The notes below the pieces were generated by a model, which was given only the letters and a program-made list of their open reading frames with translations, was not told where the DNA came from and searched no databases. A stretch of DNA of 64,000 nt from the human T2T-CHM13v2.0 reference genome, Homo sapiens: NCBI RefSeq assembly GCF_009914755.1, contig NC_060930.1; one strand, given 5' to 3'. The position numbers were made by a program, and so were the translations under genes. This document shows positions 14,434 through 30,095 of the stretch, in pieces; position 1 is the first letter of the stretch; every line of letters begins with the position of its first letter.

Positions 14434-16086
14434 CTGTTCATTTGAGTTGCTGGAGTTCTTGTGTTGGTTCTTTTTTATCTCTGCATGTGGGTGTTCTTTA
14501 ACTGCTGGGCTGCCTCTGATTGAAGTGGTCAAGTGGGGTCAGGATGGTTGTGCTGGAGTCCCAGGTGAGATGGCCCTACCCAGTGAGGAAAAGTGAGGAC
14601 CAGAACCTGCATGGAGAACTGTCAGCCTCTTTTCCATGAAGTGAATGCTCTCTGCTGGGGGTCCAGACCAGCTCCTGGTCCCTGTGGACTCTCCAGAGCC
14701 TGGCAACAACAAGGGCAAGGGTTGTGAAAAAAGCAAAGATGGCAACCCACCCCTCCCACTGGGAATTGCAGAGCTGCTACTGTCTCGACGGCCCCAGCAG
14801 AGTGTGCCTGGAGACCCAGGACCCTCCTAGTGAGGAGATACAAGATCTGGGGCCCATGTAACAAAAAATCTGCATGCTGGGGGTCCACTCCAGTCCCTAG
14901 TCACCTTAGATTTTCCAGCACTTAAAGGTATTAACAGTGAAGGCTGCAAAACAGCAAATATGACAGCCTTCCCCTTTCTCTGGGAGCTCTGTCTCAGGAA
15001 GGTACAGACCTGTTGCCAACCTAAACACACCAGTAGGGGTGGTTGTAGTCCTCAGTCAGGAGATTCCACTCAGTGAAGAGAAACAGGATCTAGGACCCCC
15101 ATGAAAAAGCAGTGTGGCGACTCCTCTGTAGAGCTGTTGCACTGTGCTGGGGGACCACTCCAGACCCTAGTTACCTCAGACTCCCTAGAGCTTGAAGGCA
15201 ACAATGGATTAGGCTGTGAAACAGCAAAGATGGCAGCCCATTCTTCTCCCTGGGAGCTCCATCCCAGGGAGGCTCAGAAGCACTGCCAGCTGGAAAACAC
15301 TGGTGGGGGTGGCTGGTGACCCCAGTTGGAAGGTCCTACCCAGTGAGGGGAAGCAAGTTCAGGGATCCATGTAAGAAAAGCAATCTGGCTGCTTTTCCTA
15401 CAGCAGCTTCACTGAAGGCAACAGGGGCTAAGGCTGAGAAACAGCAAATATGGTGGCCTGCCTCTCCCTCTGGGAGCTCCATCTCAGGAAGGTGTAACAC
15501 TGCTACTGGTGGCTGGCTGTAGTTCCAAACCAGTGGGTCTTATCCTGCAAAGTACCATGGAAGTGGGTGGGGCCTGAAGATCATTGCTGCTCAGCCCTCT
15601 GGATTCAGCCCCTTTCCTAGGAGTTTTTAAAGGGGTCTATCCTCCTGCTTTGCCACAGTTGCAGCCACTTTTGCTAGGAAGCTCAGATATCTAAAGCTCC
15701 CAGGGCTCCAAGTGTGCCTAAGCAGCTGCTCTGCTAAGACCCCACATAGCTCTTCGTGTCAGACAGCAGGCCCTGGTGGAATGCCTTCACAAGGGGATCT
15801 CCTGACCCCAGCGTTACAAAAATTTGTGGGAGAAGCATGGATCCCAGAGTCACTCACTGCTTCCCTGGGTAGGGGAGGCTCCCCTGGCTCCATGTTGCTC
15901 CTGGGTAAGCAGCCATCCTGCCTTGCTTTTCTCCATTTTCTATGGGTTGAGTTGTTTTCTTGATGAATCCCAATGTGTGTACCTAGATGTTTCAGTTCAA
16001 AATCCTGTATTTACTCATGCCTTCTATTTCTCTCCATGAGAGCAGCACACATTAGCTGCTTCTAGTTGACCATCTTGGCCAGGCTC

Positions 16087-16381
16087 TTATTTATTTATTT
16101 AAAAATGAGGTCTCCCTCTGTCACCTAGGCTGGAGTGTAATGGCATGATCATAGTTGATTGCAGCCCTTGAACCCTGGGCTCAAGTGATCTTCCTGCCTC
16201 AACCTCCCTGAGTAGCTGAGACTACAGGTACAGGCCACCACACCCAGCTAATTTTTTTTTATTTTTTAGACACAGGGTCTCACTATGTTGCCCAGGCTGG
16301 TCTCAAACTCCTGCCTTCAAGTGATCCTTCCACCTCAGCCTCCTGAGTAGTTGGGATTACAGGTGCAAGCCACCATGCCCT
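16087..16381 (-). mobile_element. AluJ (tail split by the L1PA insertion)
   Basis: AluJ diagnostics (catgatcatag, ctgggctcaagtgatc, gggtctcactatgttgcccagg); degenerate TSD tcttttgcctatttt (8583) / tcttttaccaatttt (16384). Confidence 0.9.
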
Positions 16382-17278
16382 ACTCTTTTACCAATTTTAA
16401 AATCAGATTATTTGTTTTCTTGCTATTGAGTTGTCTGAGTTCCTTATATATTCTGGTTATTAATCTCTTGTCAGATTAACAGTTTGAAAATATTTTCTCG
16501 CATTCTGTGGATTGTCTCTTCACTTTGTTGATTGTTTCCTTTGCTCTGCCAAAGCTTTTAGCTTGATATAATCCCAATTGTCTATTTTTGCTTTTGTTGC
16601 CTGTGCTTTTGAAGTCTTAAACAAAATATCTTTGCCCAGACCAATGTCCTGAAGCATTTCTCCAATGTTTCCTTACAGTAGTTTCACAGTTGCAGGTCTT
16701 ACATTTAAGTCTTTAATCCATTTTCAGACAATTTTTGTATATGGTGAAAGACAGGGATCTAGTTTCATTCTTCTGCATATGGATATCCAATTTTTCCAGC
16801 ATCACTTATTGAAGAGACTGTCCTTTATCCAGCATATGTTCTTGGTACCTTTGTTGAAAATGAGTTGGCTGTTAAGTGTGTGTATTTATTTCTTGGTTCT
16901 CTATTTTGTTCCATTGGTCTATATATGTGTTTTGATGCCATTATCATGCTGTTTTGGTTACCACAGCTTTGTAGTATAATTTGAAATCAGGTAGTGTGAT
17001 GCCTCCAGCTTTATTCTTTTTGCTCAGGTTTGCTTTAGGTATTTGGAGTCTTTTGTAGTTCCATACAAATTTTAAGGTTGTTTTTTCCACTTCTGTGAAG
17101 AATGTCATTGGTATTTTGATTGCATTGAGTCTGTACATAGCTTTGGGTAGTAGAAACATTTTAACAATATTAATTATTCCAATCCATGAGCATGGGATAC
17201 CTTTCCATGTCTTGTGTCCTCTTCAATTTCTTTCATCAATATTTTATAGTTTTCCTTATAGAGATCTTTCACTTCTTT

Positions 17279-18452
17279 ATTTTTATTGAGGTAACATATA
17301 CATATATAATTTACATCTTTAACATTTTTAGTTTATGGTTCAGTGGTAATAAATAAATTTATATTGTCTTAATTTCCCTCCTCTCCCTTTTTCCAGGCCT
17401 CTGATAACCACCAATCTAGTCTTGTCTTCATGAGATCCACTTTTTTTAGCTTCCACGTATGAGTGAGAACATGCAATATTTGTCTTTCTGTGCTTGGCTT
17501 ATTTTACTTAATATAATCACTCTAGTTATAACCATATTACTGCAAAGAGTAGGATTTTATTCCTTTTTATGACTGAATAATATTTCATTGTGTATATATA
17601 CTGCATTATCCATTTCATCCATTGATGGGCACTTAGGTTGATTTCATATTTTGACTATTATGAATGGTGCTACAATAAACATAGGAGTGAAGGTATCTCT
17701 TTTATATACTGATTTCTTTTCTTTTGAATATATAACTAGTAATAGGATTACTAGATCACATTGTAGTTCTATTTTTAGTTTTCTGAGAAACTTCCATACT
17801 GTTCTTCATGGTGGCTGTACTACCTTACATTTTTATCAACTGTGTATGAGGGTTCTTTTTTCTCCACTTTCTCACCAGCATCTGTTATTGCCTCTCTTTT
17901 TGGCACAAACCATTTTAGCTGGGGCAAGATGATATCACATCGTGGTTTTGATTTGCATTTCTCTGATGATTAGTGATGTTGAGCATTTTGTCAAATACCT
18001 ATTGGCCATTTGTATGTCTTCTTTGGAGAAATGTCTGTTCAGATCTTTTGCCCTTTTTTACATTTGATTATTATTATTATTATTTTTTTTTTTTGCTATT
18101 GAGTTGAGTTGCGTATATATTCTGGTTATTAATCCCTGGTCAGATGAATAGTTTGCAAAACCCCCGTTCTGTGGGCTGTCTCTTTGTTGATTGTTTCCTT
18201 TGCTTTGCAAAAGCTTTTTAGCTTGCTATAATCTCAGTTGTCTATTTTTGCTTTTGTTGCTTATGTTTTTGAGGTCTTAAACAAATAATCTTTGCCCAAA
18301 TCAATGCTTTACAGTGTTTCCCCAATGTTTTCTCTTCAATTAGTTTCATAGTTTTAGGTCGTAGATTCAACTCTTTAATCCACTTTTATTTGATTTTTGT
18401 GTGTAATGAGAGGTAGGGGTCTAGTTTCATTCTTCTAAATATAGTTACCCAA
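17279..18452 (-). mobile_element. Second, 5'-truncated L1MA inserted in the outer L1MA
   Basis: A new L1 3' UTR begins at 17279; the host resumes at 18453 (cacttcttt|ggttaaatttattcct); short TSD ttcttt. Confidence 0.8.
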
Positions 18453-19689
18453 TTCTTTGGTTAAATTTATTCCTAAGCATTTTATTTTTTGTAGCTATTA
18501 TAAATGAGGTTGCTTTCTTAATTTCTTTTTCAGATTTATTGCTGTTAGTGTATAGAAATGCTGCTGATTTTTGTATGTTGATTTTGTATCCTACAACTTT
18601 ACTAAATTTGTGTATCAGTTCTATGAGTTTTTTAATGGAGGCTGGTTTTTCTAAATATAAAAGTATGTCATCTGCAAACAATAATAATTTGACTTTTTTT
18701 CAAATTTGAATGCCTTTTTATTTCTTTTTCTTGCCTAATTTCTCTGATTAGGACTTCTAATACTATGTTGAGTAAAAGTGGTGAAACCAGTGCAGTATGA
18801 TATTAACTGTGTGATTGTTATATATAGCCTTTATCATCTTAAGGTATATTGTTAACAGAATCGAAAACAAAAACCATATAATTTTTTCAATAGATGCTGA
18901 AAAAGCATTCAATAAAACTCAGAAAAGTCTATTTTGCTCACCATTTTACCTTCAGATTCTTGCATAAAACATCTCATCATACTTATTCCATCCTCTGAAG
19001 AGTTACTTCTACTAACTTGTTAAAATTAAACCTTATGAAGTGCAAGGGCAGACAACAGAAGGAGAGAAGATGACAACAGAAAGAGTCATGACAAAAGAGG
19101 TGGAAAATAAAAGTAAAAGCTTTACATGAGAACCTCATCTACCCACCAGAGCTTGTTATCTTTAAGATCAAGAAAGATTGCTCCAGAGTATGACTGGGAA
19201 AGCCTGAGCCACTCCATTTTAAAACCACCACTAATGTTCAGTTTTGTTGTTTCTCTAGAAGAACTCCCAAGGGCAACTCTGACCTTAGGTTGGCTCCAGA
19301 CTAGCTGTCTAGACCTTGAAATTTTCTGATAGCCCCTCTTACTTTCCCTGAGCAGCCTAAATATTTCCCAATTTTTCCAGCCTAGCAGCTCCCTATTCCT
19401 TGGCCCCACACCATTCTGTTGGAGTTATGCAACAGGAAGTCTGAAGTCAGGTTGGGAAAGAGATAAGCAATACCAAGAAAGCGGTGTCCCAGATGCCAAG
19501 AAATAGAGGTGTTTTAAGGAGAGAGTAATGTAAATATAACAATGAATAGAAATTTTATTAAAAGAGATAAAAAATAAACCGCCAAAATTGAATAAATAAT
19601 TAGAGTCAAATGATGATAAGGGATATGAAGAAAATGAAACAGGGATGGGGAGAGAAAATGGCAAAAAAGGAGGACAGCAATGTGTTTAA

Positions 19690-21600
<1,911 letters not shown>

Positions 21601-23019
21601 CTTTCACGGCTCATGGTCAATCCTGAACAGACTGCCCACTTCCACAAACACATGATTGTTTTAGAAATTCTATAGAATCATCCTTCAGAATTGAGATGGG
21701 TTTTGAGTAACCATTAGCCTCAATTTACTCATTGCCAAGTGCATAGGAAACTTGCTTCTTCCTAGCTTATGAAAAGGCACACTGATCATATGAATAATGA
21801 GTAGGAAATCCCTTGAGAGGAGAATCATCTTCTGTATGTCCAAGACAGAGGTGGGATCAGCCAAATATCTTTTCAGCAGGAGGAGTATCCTTCTCTTCCT
21901 GAGTGAAACTGACTAGAGATGTGAAGTGAACAAAAAAAAAGTAACCTTTATATTAACACTAGTGTATCAAATTTTTATTTTTCATATTTTTCATTTAACT
22001 AATGAGGCATGTCATGATTCAATTTCCAGCTGTTGACATTAAGGTTAAAATGAAAATGCATTTGAAACAAGTTAGGGAACTCCATAAAAAGCAGATTAAA
22101 CCCCAGTACTATGTTTTGTCAGCTTTTGGGGGCCCCCAAATAATTGAAATGCAGCAGTTACTGTATTAAATTTAGTTAGAATCAAAATAAATTTTTACAC
22201 ATAGAGCCATCCAGCCAAATAAGTCTAAAAGATAGGGAATAATATGATTAATGCCTTGTACATTTTTTACTTGTGGTTATATTTGGAAGATTTGAAATAA
22301 ACCAGTGTCCATTATTTCTATGGAAATATGTGAGAATGTAGTTTTTAGAGGAAATCTGCCTGATTTAAATAATGAACAGACATGATATCTTTCTGTTGGG
22401 AAATGAAGAATAACTTGAGGTAAGAAGCAAACACAAAGAGGGTGTGTAAAGCCAAAGACCCATAAATGTCCTCTGAGTTGTTTATAAATATTTTGTTTAC
22501 TTGTCTGATTTCTCTGTAACTTAGCAGTGTTATGAGGGAAATGGCCAAAATTCCTAGAAACTACATTATACATACACACACATTCAAGTTAGCAAATCTT
22601 ACAATCCCCTTGGCAAACCCTTTATGTTTTCCATTTGGAAATATGATAAACTTGTTTATTCTATTTGTCAGTTTTCCGTTTCTGAGTTTCTTCATTGAAT
22701 TTGTTATCTTCTTTATGTAACCAAGCTGTCCCAAGCATTCTATGGCCACAATTGCAAAGAGAAATTAAGCATATGCATAATAATAGGGAATAATAGTTTG
22801 CATAGCACAAGGTTTTGTTAATTGTAAACAAGATGAAGCAGTTATTTTAGCTTTAAATCATACTACATATTACTTAAAATATGTCTTCTGAATTGCCTTT
22901 AGGAAGTACATTTTCTCCATCTCTGTGTAACAAGATGGAGTTTTTCCTGAACTGCACTGAATGTCACATTCTGATGCTGGGATGTGAAGGTTTGGGAGAA
23001 GGCTGGCACAGTATGTCAC

Positions 23020-23388
23020 TGATATGGTTAGGCTTTGTGCCCCCACCCAAATCTCATCTTGAATTCTAATCCCTATAATCCCACATGTCTAGGGAGAAAC
23101 CTGGTGGAGTTAATTGAATCATAGGGGCAGTTTCCCCGATGCTGTTCTCATGATAGTGAGTGAGTTCTCATGAGATCTGATGATTTTATAAGGGGCTCTT
23201 TCCTCCTTGCTCTTTATTCTCTCTTGCCTGCTGCCACATGAGAAGTGTCTCTTCCACTTCCACCATCGTTGTAAGTTGCCTGAGGCCTCCCCAGCCCTGC
23301 TGAACTGTGACTCAATTAAACCTCTTTTCTTTATAAATTACCCAGTCTTGAGTACGTCTTTAAAGCAGTATGAAAATGGACTAATACA
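23020..23388 (+). mobile_element. THE1 (D-like) solo LTR
   Basis: tgatatggttaggc...ggactaataca; TSD gtcac at 23015-23019 and 23389-23393. Confidence 0.93.
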
Positions 23389-24359
23389 GTCACCTAGGCT
23401 GGAAACCCTGCAGACTCAACTCTCTTGGCCCTCAGGTCTGCCAGGGAGAAAATGGTATGAGCATGCAACTAAGGCAGGTGAAAGTAGCACAGGGAAACCA
23501 GACTGGAGAAACCATAAGTCAGCTAGCCATGGTAGTGGAGACCCTGTCATTGAAGGACTTTTTTATTTTAGTAGACAAAAATGAAGATACCACTAGAAAG
23601 ACCAGAACATCTGTGTTTCAGTGACAGTCACAGGGAGACTACTAAGCTCTCCTGTTTTCTCACTGGGACAACAGGAAGTAGGACAGACTCACTGGACTAT
23701 ATAAAAATTTCAGGGAGGATCTGGAAGTTATTGTTGGAAGAAGATCTCTGGGAAAGAGGTAAGACATTCTCTTATTGGTAGACCACATGCTCAGTCATTT
23801 AATCTAAATGCTATATATCCCAAGGTGAAAAAAGAGATATCATTTATATCTGCTATCTTAGAAACACAGGGAAAATAAATTCCTTTATTATAGTAATTCA
23901 GTAAGGGTCTAATAAATAGATTCTATCTAGATTTTGTAATACATCAAAAAAGAGGATTAAAGAAGTAGCACCAACCTTCTGAATCATGGTATTAATTAGA
24001 TTTGCCTCTTTCCTTTTAAGGGAAAACAATTCTTTGCACATCATGACCACTCAACATTTTTTAACTGAAGTATTCTGAGATTTTAAAGAATTGTTGAAAC
24101 ATGTTGCATTATTCCTAACTAACCATCTCATCAGCTATAAAAAAATCAATCATCAAGTTTAATAAGGATATTGTTGAATAAGTCTTATAGTTCCTTGAGA
24201 AACATTTTTTTTGCATCAAAATGAATCTTTACACTTAGATCTGCATATAATTTTGAGTTCAAAATACTTAATAGACTAATTAAATGTATACATTTTCTTG
24301 AGTACACAAATTAGAAAATCTTTGGATTAAGTCAATAAATTATTTCCAAAAGATAATTG

Positions 24360-24545
24360 TTAATGTGTGCTCAGTATTTTAGGAAGTGCTTTCACATACA
24401 TGATCTCATTTGTTATTCATGACAACCTCATGAGTTGGGAATTTCCGTATTTCACAAATAAGTTAACAAAGGCTCCAAGAAGATAATTCACTAAGACATT
24501 AGTAAGAGGCTAAATGTGGTTTCTTTGTATCCAGATGCCATGTCT
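24360..24545 (-). mobile_element. MIR
   Basis: aagtgctttcacatacatgatctcattt...acaacctcatgag...tttcacaaataagttaacaaaggctc core. Confidence 0.65.
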
Positions 24546-24789
24546 TTCTTATGTTAATGCATAGTCTGACATAAAATAATGCTATAAATGTGTGGCAAAA
24601 TTAAAAGGAGAACATAAGCATCCTTCTTGTAATCCCAGGATTTACCCAGTCATCTAGCCTACCTTGCTTTTAAGCTACCCATGAGTCCTTTTGCTACATG
24701 ACATTTCATGGATGATCAACCCTTGCAGTGGGTCTGGATCTCTATAGTCAACATCTAATAGGACAGCTTCCCTGTCATATTTCTCTGGC

Positions 24790-25122
24790 TCCCTGCCACA
24801 TGTTTACACCTGATAGCCCTATTCCACTGGTCCTAGCTTATTGACCCAGAGGTAAATACCTTCTTCACGTTGAGCTCATCAAATTCCTTCTAACTGAAAT
24901 TTGGAATTGGGACCATAAAAGAAATAATCAGTGTCTCCTTTACTCGACCTAAATCATATATATCCTGAACCATGGAGTGACCAAGTTCCTCTTTCTGGAC
25001 TACAGGAAGAAAGAAGCACATATATGAATTCCATGAACTTATCCTCCTAATAAATCCCACTTTTTTTCTCAAACCAGAGCTGCCGAGATTTTATTATTTG
25101 TAACTAAAATCCCAAATAATGT
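24790..25122 (+). mobile_element. Old MaLR/ERVL LTR remnant (MLT1- or LTR16-like)
   Basis: 3' LTR signature aataaatcccacttttt...ttattatttgtaactaaaatcccaaataat. Confidence 0.4.
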
Positions 25123-25286
25123 ATCTGATAATCCACTAAACTCATCTACTCATCTTCATCACTTCATCCTCAACCCTTGAGCAGAACTTCCAAAATTCAT
25201 TTAGGTAGATGACTATGAGCAGACAATAAAAATTCACTTACTATAAACTGTGAGAATTTTTAAATTGAAAATACTACAGATGAATT

Positions 25287-25975
25287 TGTGGTAAAGAATT
25301 TAGCCTTGCCCAAAGAGAGGTCTGGCCTTGTCCATGGCTACTTGGAAGGAATCTCTGAGCTCCTGGAATGTCATGCTCAATAGGAGTGTCTTTGTTTGCC
25401 TGGCAGACTTGAATCACATTGGATAGCCTGACAATTTGATTTAGAGTGGGGGCTGGAAACACCAGGTAGCCTTATTAGGCTACTGATTGAGTTAATAATA
25501 ACAATGTCATTAGGGTGGGGACTTTGGGTCATATGGTATCGATTGACCTCTGGAGAGACAGGAGACTAAGATCAGCTATATGAGCAATCAGTCATGCCTA
25601 TAGGATGAAGCCCCAATAAAAACTCTGGACATCAGGTAAACCTCCCTGACTGGCAGTATTCCATGCATAGTCACTCATTGACACTAGTGAAATAATGCTG
25701 TCCTGAGTCAACCACAGGGGACAACTGGAAGCTCCCTCTTTGATGTACTCCTATACATTCCCTATGTGTCTCTTCCTTTGGCTGATTTTAATCTGTTTCT
25801 TTTCCCTTCCAAAAACTATAACTGTGAGCATAACAGCTTTTAGTGAGTTCTGTGAGCCCTTTTCACAAGTTATCAAACCTGAAGTGGTTTTGGGAATCCC
25901 CTGAATTTGCAACTGGTATCAGAAATAAGGCTGGCCTCGTGTGCACTGATCCCTCTAACTTCACAGTTAACTTAC
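25287..25975 (+). mobile_element. MER77/MER21-family ERVL solo LTR
   Basis: tgtggtaaagaatttagccttgcccaaagagaggtctggcc start; ccaataaaaactctggac and aactgtgagcataacagcttttagtgagttctgtgag family motifs. Confidence 0.75.
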
Positions 25976-26973
25976 ACAATGGATGACCCTACTTTACTAG
26001 ACAAAGCAAGCTGTTTTCTATCACTTCTTTTAAAGACTAAGAATAGACCTCAAGTCTATTGGCAGTCTAGAGATCCAGAAGACTGCATTTTACGCATGCT
26101 TCTACAATTGACTTGATAACTGTGTTCACCGAATGTGTTACATTTCTCTCTGACCTTCTTGACTATAATGTTCTTGAAGACAGAAACTATGTCTTCGTAC
26201 TCATTTCAGCTCTAGTTCCTAGCATAATAAAGATACGTAGGTGGCATTTAAAAATGCCAAATGGCCTGTGGATGGATGACTAGAAGGAAGAAAGAATGGA
26301 TAAGTGGATATATAGATGAGTGGTTGGTTTCATATCAAAATCTTCTAGAGTTACAGTTAGATGTACAATGACCCAGTGAAATTCCTGTGAGGATCAGAAT
26401 AAGAGCTCTCCTCTTTTACTTTGATAGCCAGGTTTATAGAGGAGCTTACCAGGGAGTATTAGGGAAAGCCTGCCCTATAGTTCTGTGTTTTCCCAGGTTC
26501 AGAACCAACCTGAATAGTGTGAGAAAAGTGAGAATTGAAACCAAAATCACTTCATGGACACCATCCCCAGGCATACCCGTAAAGAGATAATTCAGTCCTG
26601 GACTTTCAGGAAAATGCCTAAGTCAGCATTGAAAAACATTTGCGTTGATTTTTTTAAAGCCCTGATATGTAACTATTTTCATTATTACTTCCACTAGCTC
26701 CCATTAATTTGCTGAATATGTCATACATTCTTATTTACTTCTCATGACAACCCAATGGCTTCAATATTATTAGTCCTGCCCTTAAGGAGCGTATACCCCA
26801 ACATGGGAGGAGAAGAGGGTGCACAGAGGATGGTTCAATGCAAGCTGTGGAAAAGGCTGAGCAGCAGGAGAAAGCATCACAGGGCTCCTTAAAGGTCCCT
26901 GGTTAATGTGGTCAGGGAAGAGTTTCTAAAGGGAATGGTATAGAAACTCATGCTTGAAGACAGGGCAAGGGGT

Positions 26974-27250
26974 GGCCAGGTGCAGTGGCTCATGCCTGTA
27001 ATCCCAGCACTTTAGGAGGCTGAAGTGGGCGGATCACCCAAGGTCAAGAGTTTGAGACCAGCTTGGCCATGATGGCGAAACCCCATCTCTACTAAAAAGT
27101 ACAAAAATTAGCTGGGTGTGGTGGTGTATGCCTGTAATCCCAGCTACTCAGGAGGCTGAAGCAGGAGAATCACTTGCACCCAGGAGACGGAGGTTGCAGT
27201 GAGCTGAGATTGCGCCATTGCACTCCAGCCTGGGCGACAAGAGCAAAACA
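26974..27250 (+). mobile_element. AluS (Sq/Sp-like) whose tail is replaced by a purine repeat
   Basis: Dimer ending gggcgacaagagcaaaac. Confidence 0.93.
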
Positions 27251-27480
27251 GAAAGGAAGGAAGGAAGGAAGGAGAGAAGGGGAGGAAAGGGGAGGGAAGG
27301 GGAGGGAAGAGGAGGGAAGGGGAGGGAAGGGGAGGGAAGAGGAGGGAAGGGGAGGGAAGGGGAGGGAAGAGGAGGGAAGGGGAGGGAAGGGGAGGGAAGG
27401 GGAGGGAAGGGGAGGGAAGGGGAGGGAAGGGGAGGGAAGGGGAGGGAGGGAGGGAGGAAAAAATAAAAGAAAAGAAAGAA
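27251..27480. repeat. Polypurine (GGAGGGAAGR)n minisatellite
   Basis: ~230 bp of almost only A/G; 10-bp units. Confidence 0.95.
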
Positions 27481-27499
27481 ATTAGGGGTATTTGGGCAA

Positions 27500-27897
27500 T
27501 GTACTCCTTTTTTCCTATAAAGGAATGCCTGAGACTGAGTAATTTCTAGGGAAAAGAGGTTTCTTTGGCTCACGGTTCTGAAGGCTGTACAAGCATGGCA
27601 CCCACAACTACTCAGCTTCTAGTGAGACCTCAGGAAGCTTTTACTCATGGCAGAAAATGAAGAAGGAACAGGCGTGTCACATGGCAAAATAGGGAGCAAG
27701 AGAGAGAGAGGAGGAGGTGCCAGGCTCCTTTAACAACCAGATCTCATGTGAACTAATAAAGCAAGAACTCACTCATTACCAAAAGGGTGGCAGGGATCTG
27801 TCCCCACGACCCAAACACCTCCCACTAGGCCACCTCCAACATTGAAGATCACATTTTAACATGAGATTTGGAGGGGACAAATATCCAAACCATATCA
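27500..27897 (-). mobile_element. MST (MSTA/B-like) solo LTR
   Basis: ggctcacggttctgaaggctgtacaagcatggca...acaaatatccaaaccatatca; TSD ggcaa/ggcag. Confidence 0.9.
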
Positions 27898-28166
27898 GGC
27901 AGAATAAGCAGAATGAAGAGAATCAATATAAAACAGAGCATATTAGCCCAGTTTGGATGAAGTATACAAGTGAACATTTTGAGCCAGCTCTCTTTCTCTC
28001 AGTAGCTATGTAATTCTCGCTTTCCTGAGCCAAACTTTTCTCCAAATATCTATATTTATAAAAATAACACCTAGCTCAGGCAGTTGTTATGTGGATTAAA
28101 TAAGGAAATAACAGAGTGGTGCAGACTCAATAAATACATGTTGTCTTTTGTTAATGGTGTAGTCAT

Positions 28167-28370
28167 AGGAGTTCTCAACCAGGGACAGTCTTCTTCTCCC
28201 TTCTCCAAAATTTGTGGACATGTTTATTATTTTATAATGCCCAGAGAGTTCTCCTGGCACTTAGTGGATGGGCTCAGCGTGGCTAAATGCTCTATAATTC
28301 CTGGGACATTATGGTTCAACCAATAATATTCCCTCCCAAAGGCCAATATTGTTTGCATTAAGAAACATGG
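28167..28370 (+). mobile_element. MER20-like hAT-Charlie fossil
   Basis: gttctcaaccaggg...ctggcacttagtggatgggctcagcgtggctaaatg...taagaaacatgg. Confidence 0.55.
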
Positions 28371-28620
28371 GTAAGAATAATAGAAGAAAAAGCTGGAGAC
28401 ATAAAATGAGACTAGGTTACAGTAAACTTTGAATACAAGGCTACAGAGTTCACTTTGATAGATAAGGAGAAGCCACTGAACTTAAGCAGGAAGTAATAAC
28501 ACCAATGCTTTCAGAAGGCTAATATAACAGGGGCTGGCAGCATAGACTGAAAGTGAGGGAGGCTGGTGGGAATGTTATAAGTTAGCAGGTGCTCACCATT
28601 GCCCCTGCATGAAGCACTAG

Positions 28621-28693
28621 AGGATTGCAGTGAACCGAGATCATGCCACTGCACACCAGTTTGGGAAACAGAGCAAGACTCTGTCTCAAAAAA
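28621..28693 (+). mobile_element. Alu 3' fragment
   Basis: ttgcagtgaaccgagatcatgccactgcac...gcaagactctgtctcaaaaaa. Confidence 0.9.
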
Positions 28694-29709
28694 TATACAT
28701 ATAAAATGAAAATTTAAAATAAAAAGTCTGTGAGGACAGAGAATATATTCATCTCCTGCACTTTATCTTCATCACCTTCTATGGTATCTGGCACCTAACT
28801 AGTATGCAACATTTGCCAAATAAAGATATAGCTGAAGCTATAATTGTGAAAAAAGTTATCTCGAAAATAACTATTTAAAAAAAGATGTGAAAGAAAAGTA
28901 TATTTCAACAATAAAAAATTATTACTTATTATTATTATTGCTGTTGCTACCATTTGCAGAGTACCTGTTACCTAATCTTCACAACCACACTGCAAGGTTG
29001 TAGATCTTATTAACCATAGTTTAAATAGGAGAGAAATTGTACCTCTAAAATTTACACTACTAAAAAAATTCAGGACTAGCATTTAGCCCCCAACCTTTTG
29101 ACTCCCTATTCCAAAATCTTTCTAGAACATTAAATTCTCTTCAGTGAGGGAGGGATGAGGAACCCTGACTATTGTGTTGCAACCTAGAAAGAGAGAGAAC
29201 ACATCAAACAGTTACAGAGATAAGTCAGGTGGCTTGGCAGGTTTAGCTTTCTAGGGTTACTTTGGCAAATGAGCAGATCTGCCTGAGAATCTAAACCACC
29301 CCATATACAGCCTGCATTGAATGTCAACTTAGTTGCTTCATTCAAGGAGCCTTCCCAAGAGAGATCCCAGCTGTTGCTGCTCGCCTTAGCTTGGCCACTA
29401 TCTTGCCTTAACTTTGGCTGTTCTGTTTCTGATTGAAACTTCTGGCATACAATGGCCTATTACCTGTCTACCTTCTTCAGCAGCCGCCTCTGCTGATGTC
29501 ACATAAATGCCATGTACCTTTCAACAAAGAAGAAGATGAGTGCCTCATCAACTTAGGCTTTTGCCCATACTTCTAAGGTTCACTATGTGAGACCTCTAGA
29601 AAGTTTCCTATTGATTTTAGCTTCTAAAAATCTCTTGAACCTCTGTACTTATCACTTACTCTCCACTGCTACTATTGACAACTCTCCCCTGCACCATTTT
29701 AATAGCCCC

Positions 29710-30095
29710 TAATATGGTTTGGCTATGCCCCACCCAAATCTCATCTTGAATTATAATCCCCATAATCCCTAGGTGTCATAGGAGGGACCCAGTGGGAGGT
29801 AATTGAATCATGGGGGCGGCTTCCCCCATTGTGTAATTGTGATAGTGAGTGAGTCATTACAAGATCTGATGGTTTCGTAAGCATCTGGCATTTCCTCTGC
29901 TTGCTGGCATTCATTCTCTCTCCTGCCATCCTCTGAAGAGGTGCCTTCCACCATGATTGTAAGTTTCCTGAGCTCTCCCCAGCCATGTGGAATTGTGAGT
30001 CTTTATACTGTGAGTTATAAAGAAAAACCTCTTTTCTTTATACATTACCAAGTCTCAAGTATTTCATCATAACAGCATGAGAATGGACTAATACA
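29710..30095 (+). mobile_element. THE1 (C-like) solo LTR inserted in an L2
   Basis: taatatggtttggct...ggactaataca; L2 sense sequence continues on both sides to ~30685 (aatgagtatttgttgaatgagtaaatgaatga tail). Confidence 0.92.

Noticed and set aside
27148-27573. 141-, 103- and 82-aa low-complexity ORFs
   Set aside because: Translations of the purine minisatellite plus Alu
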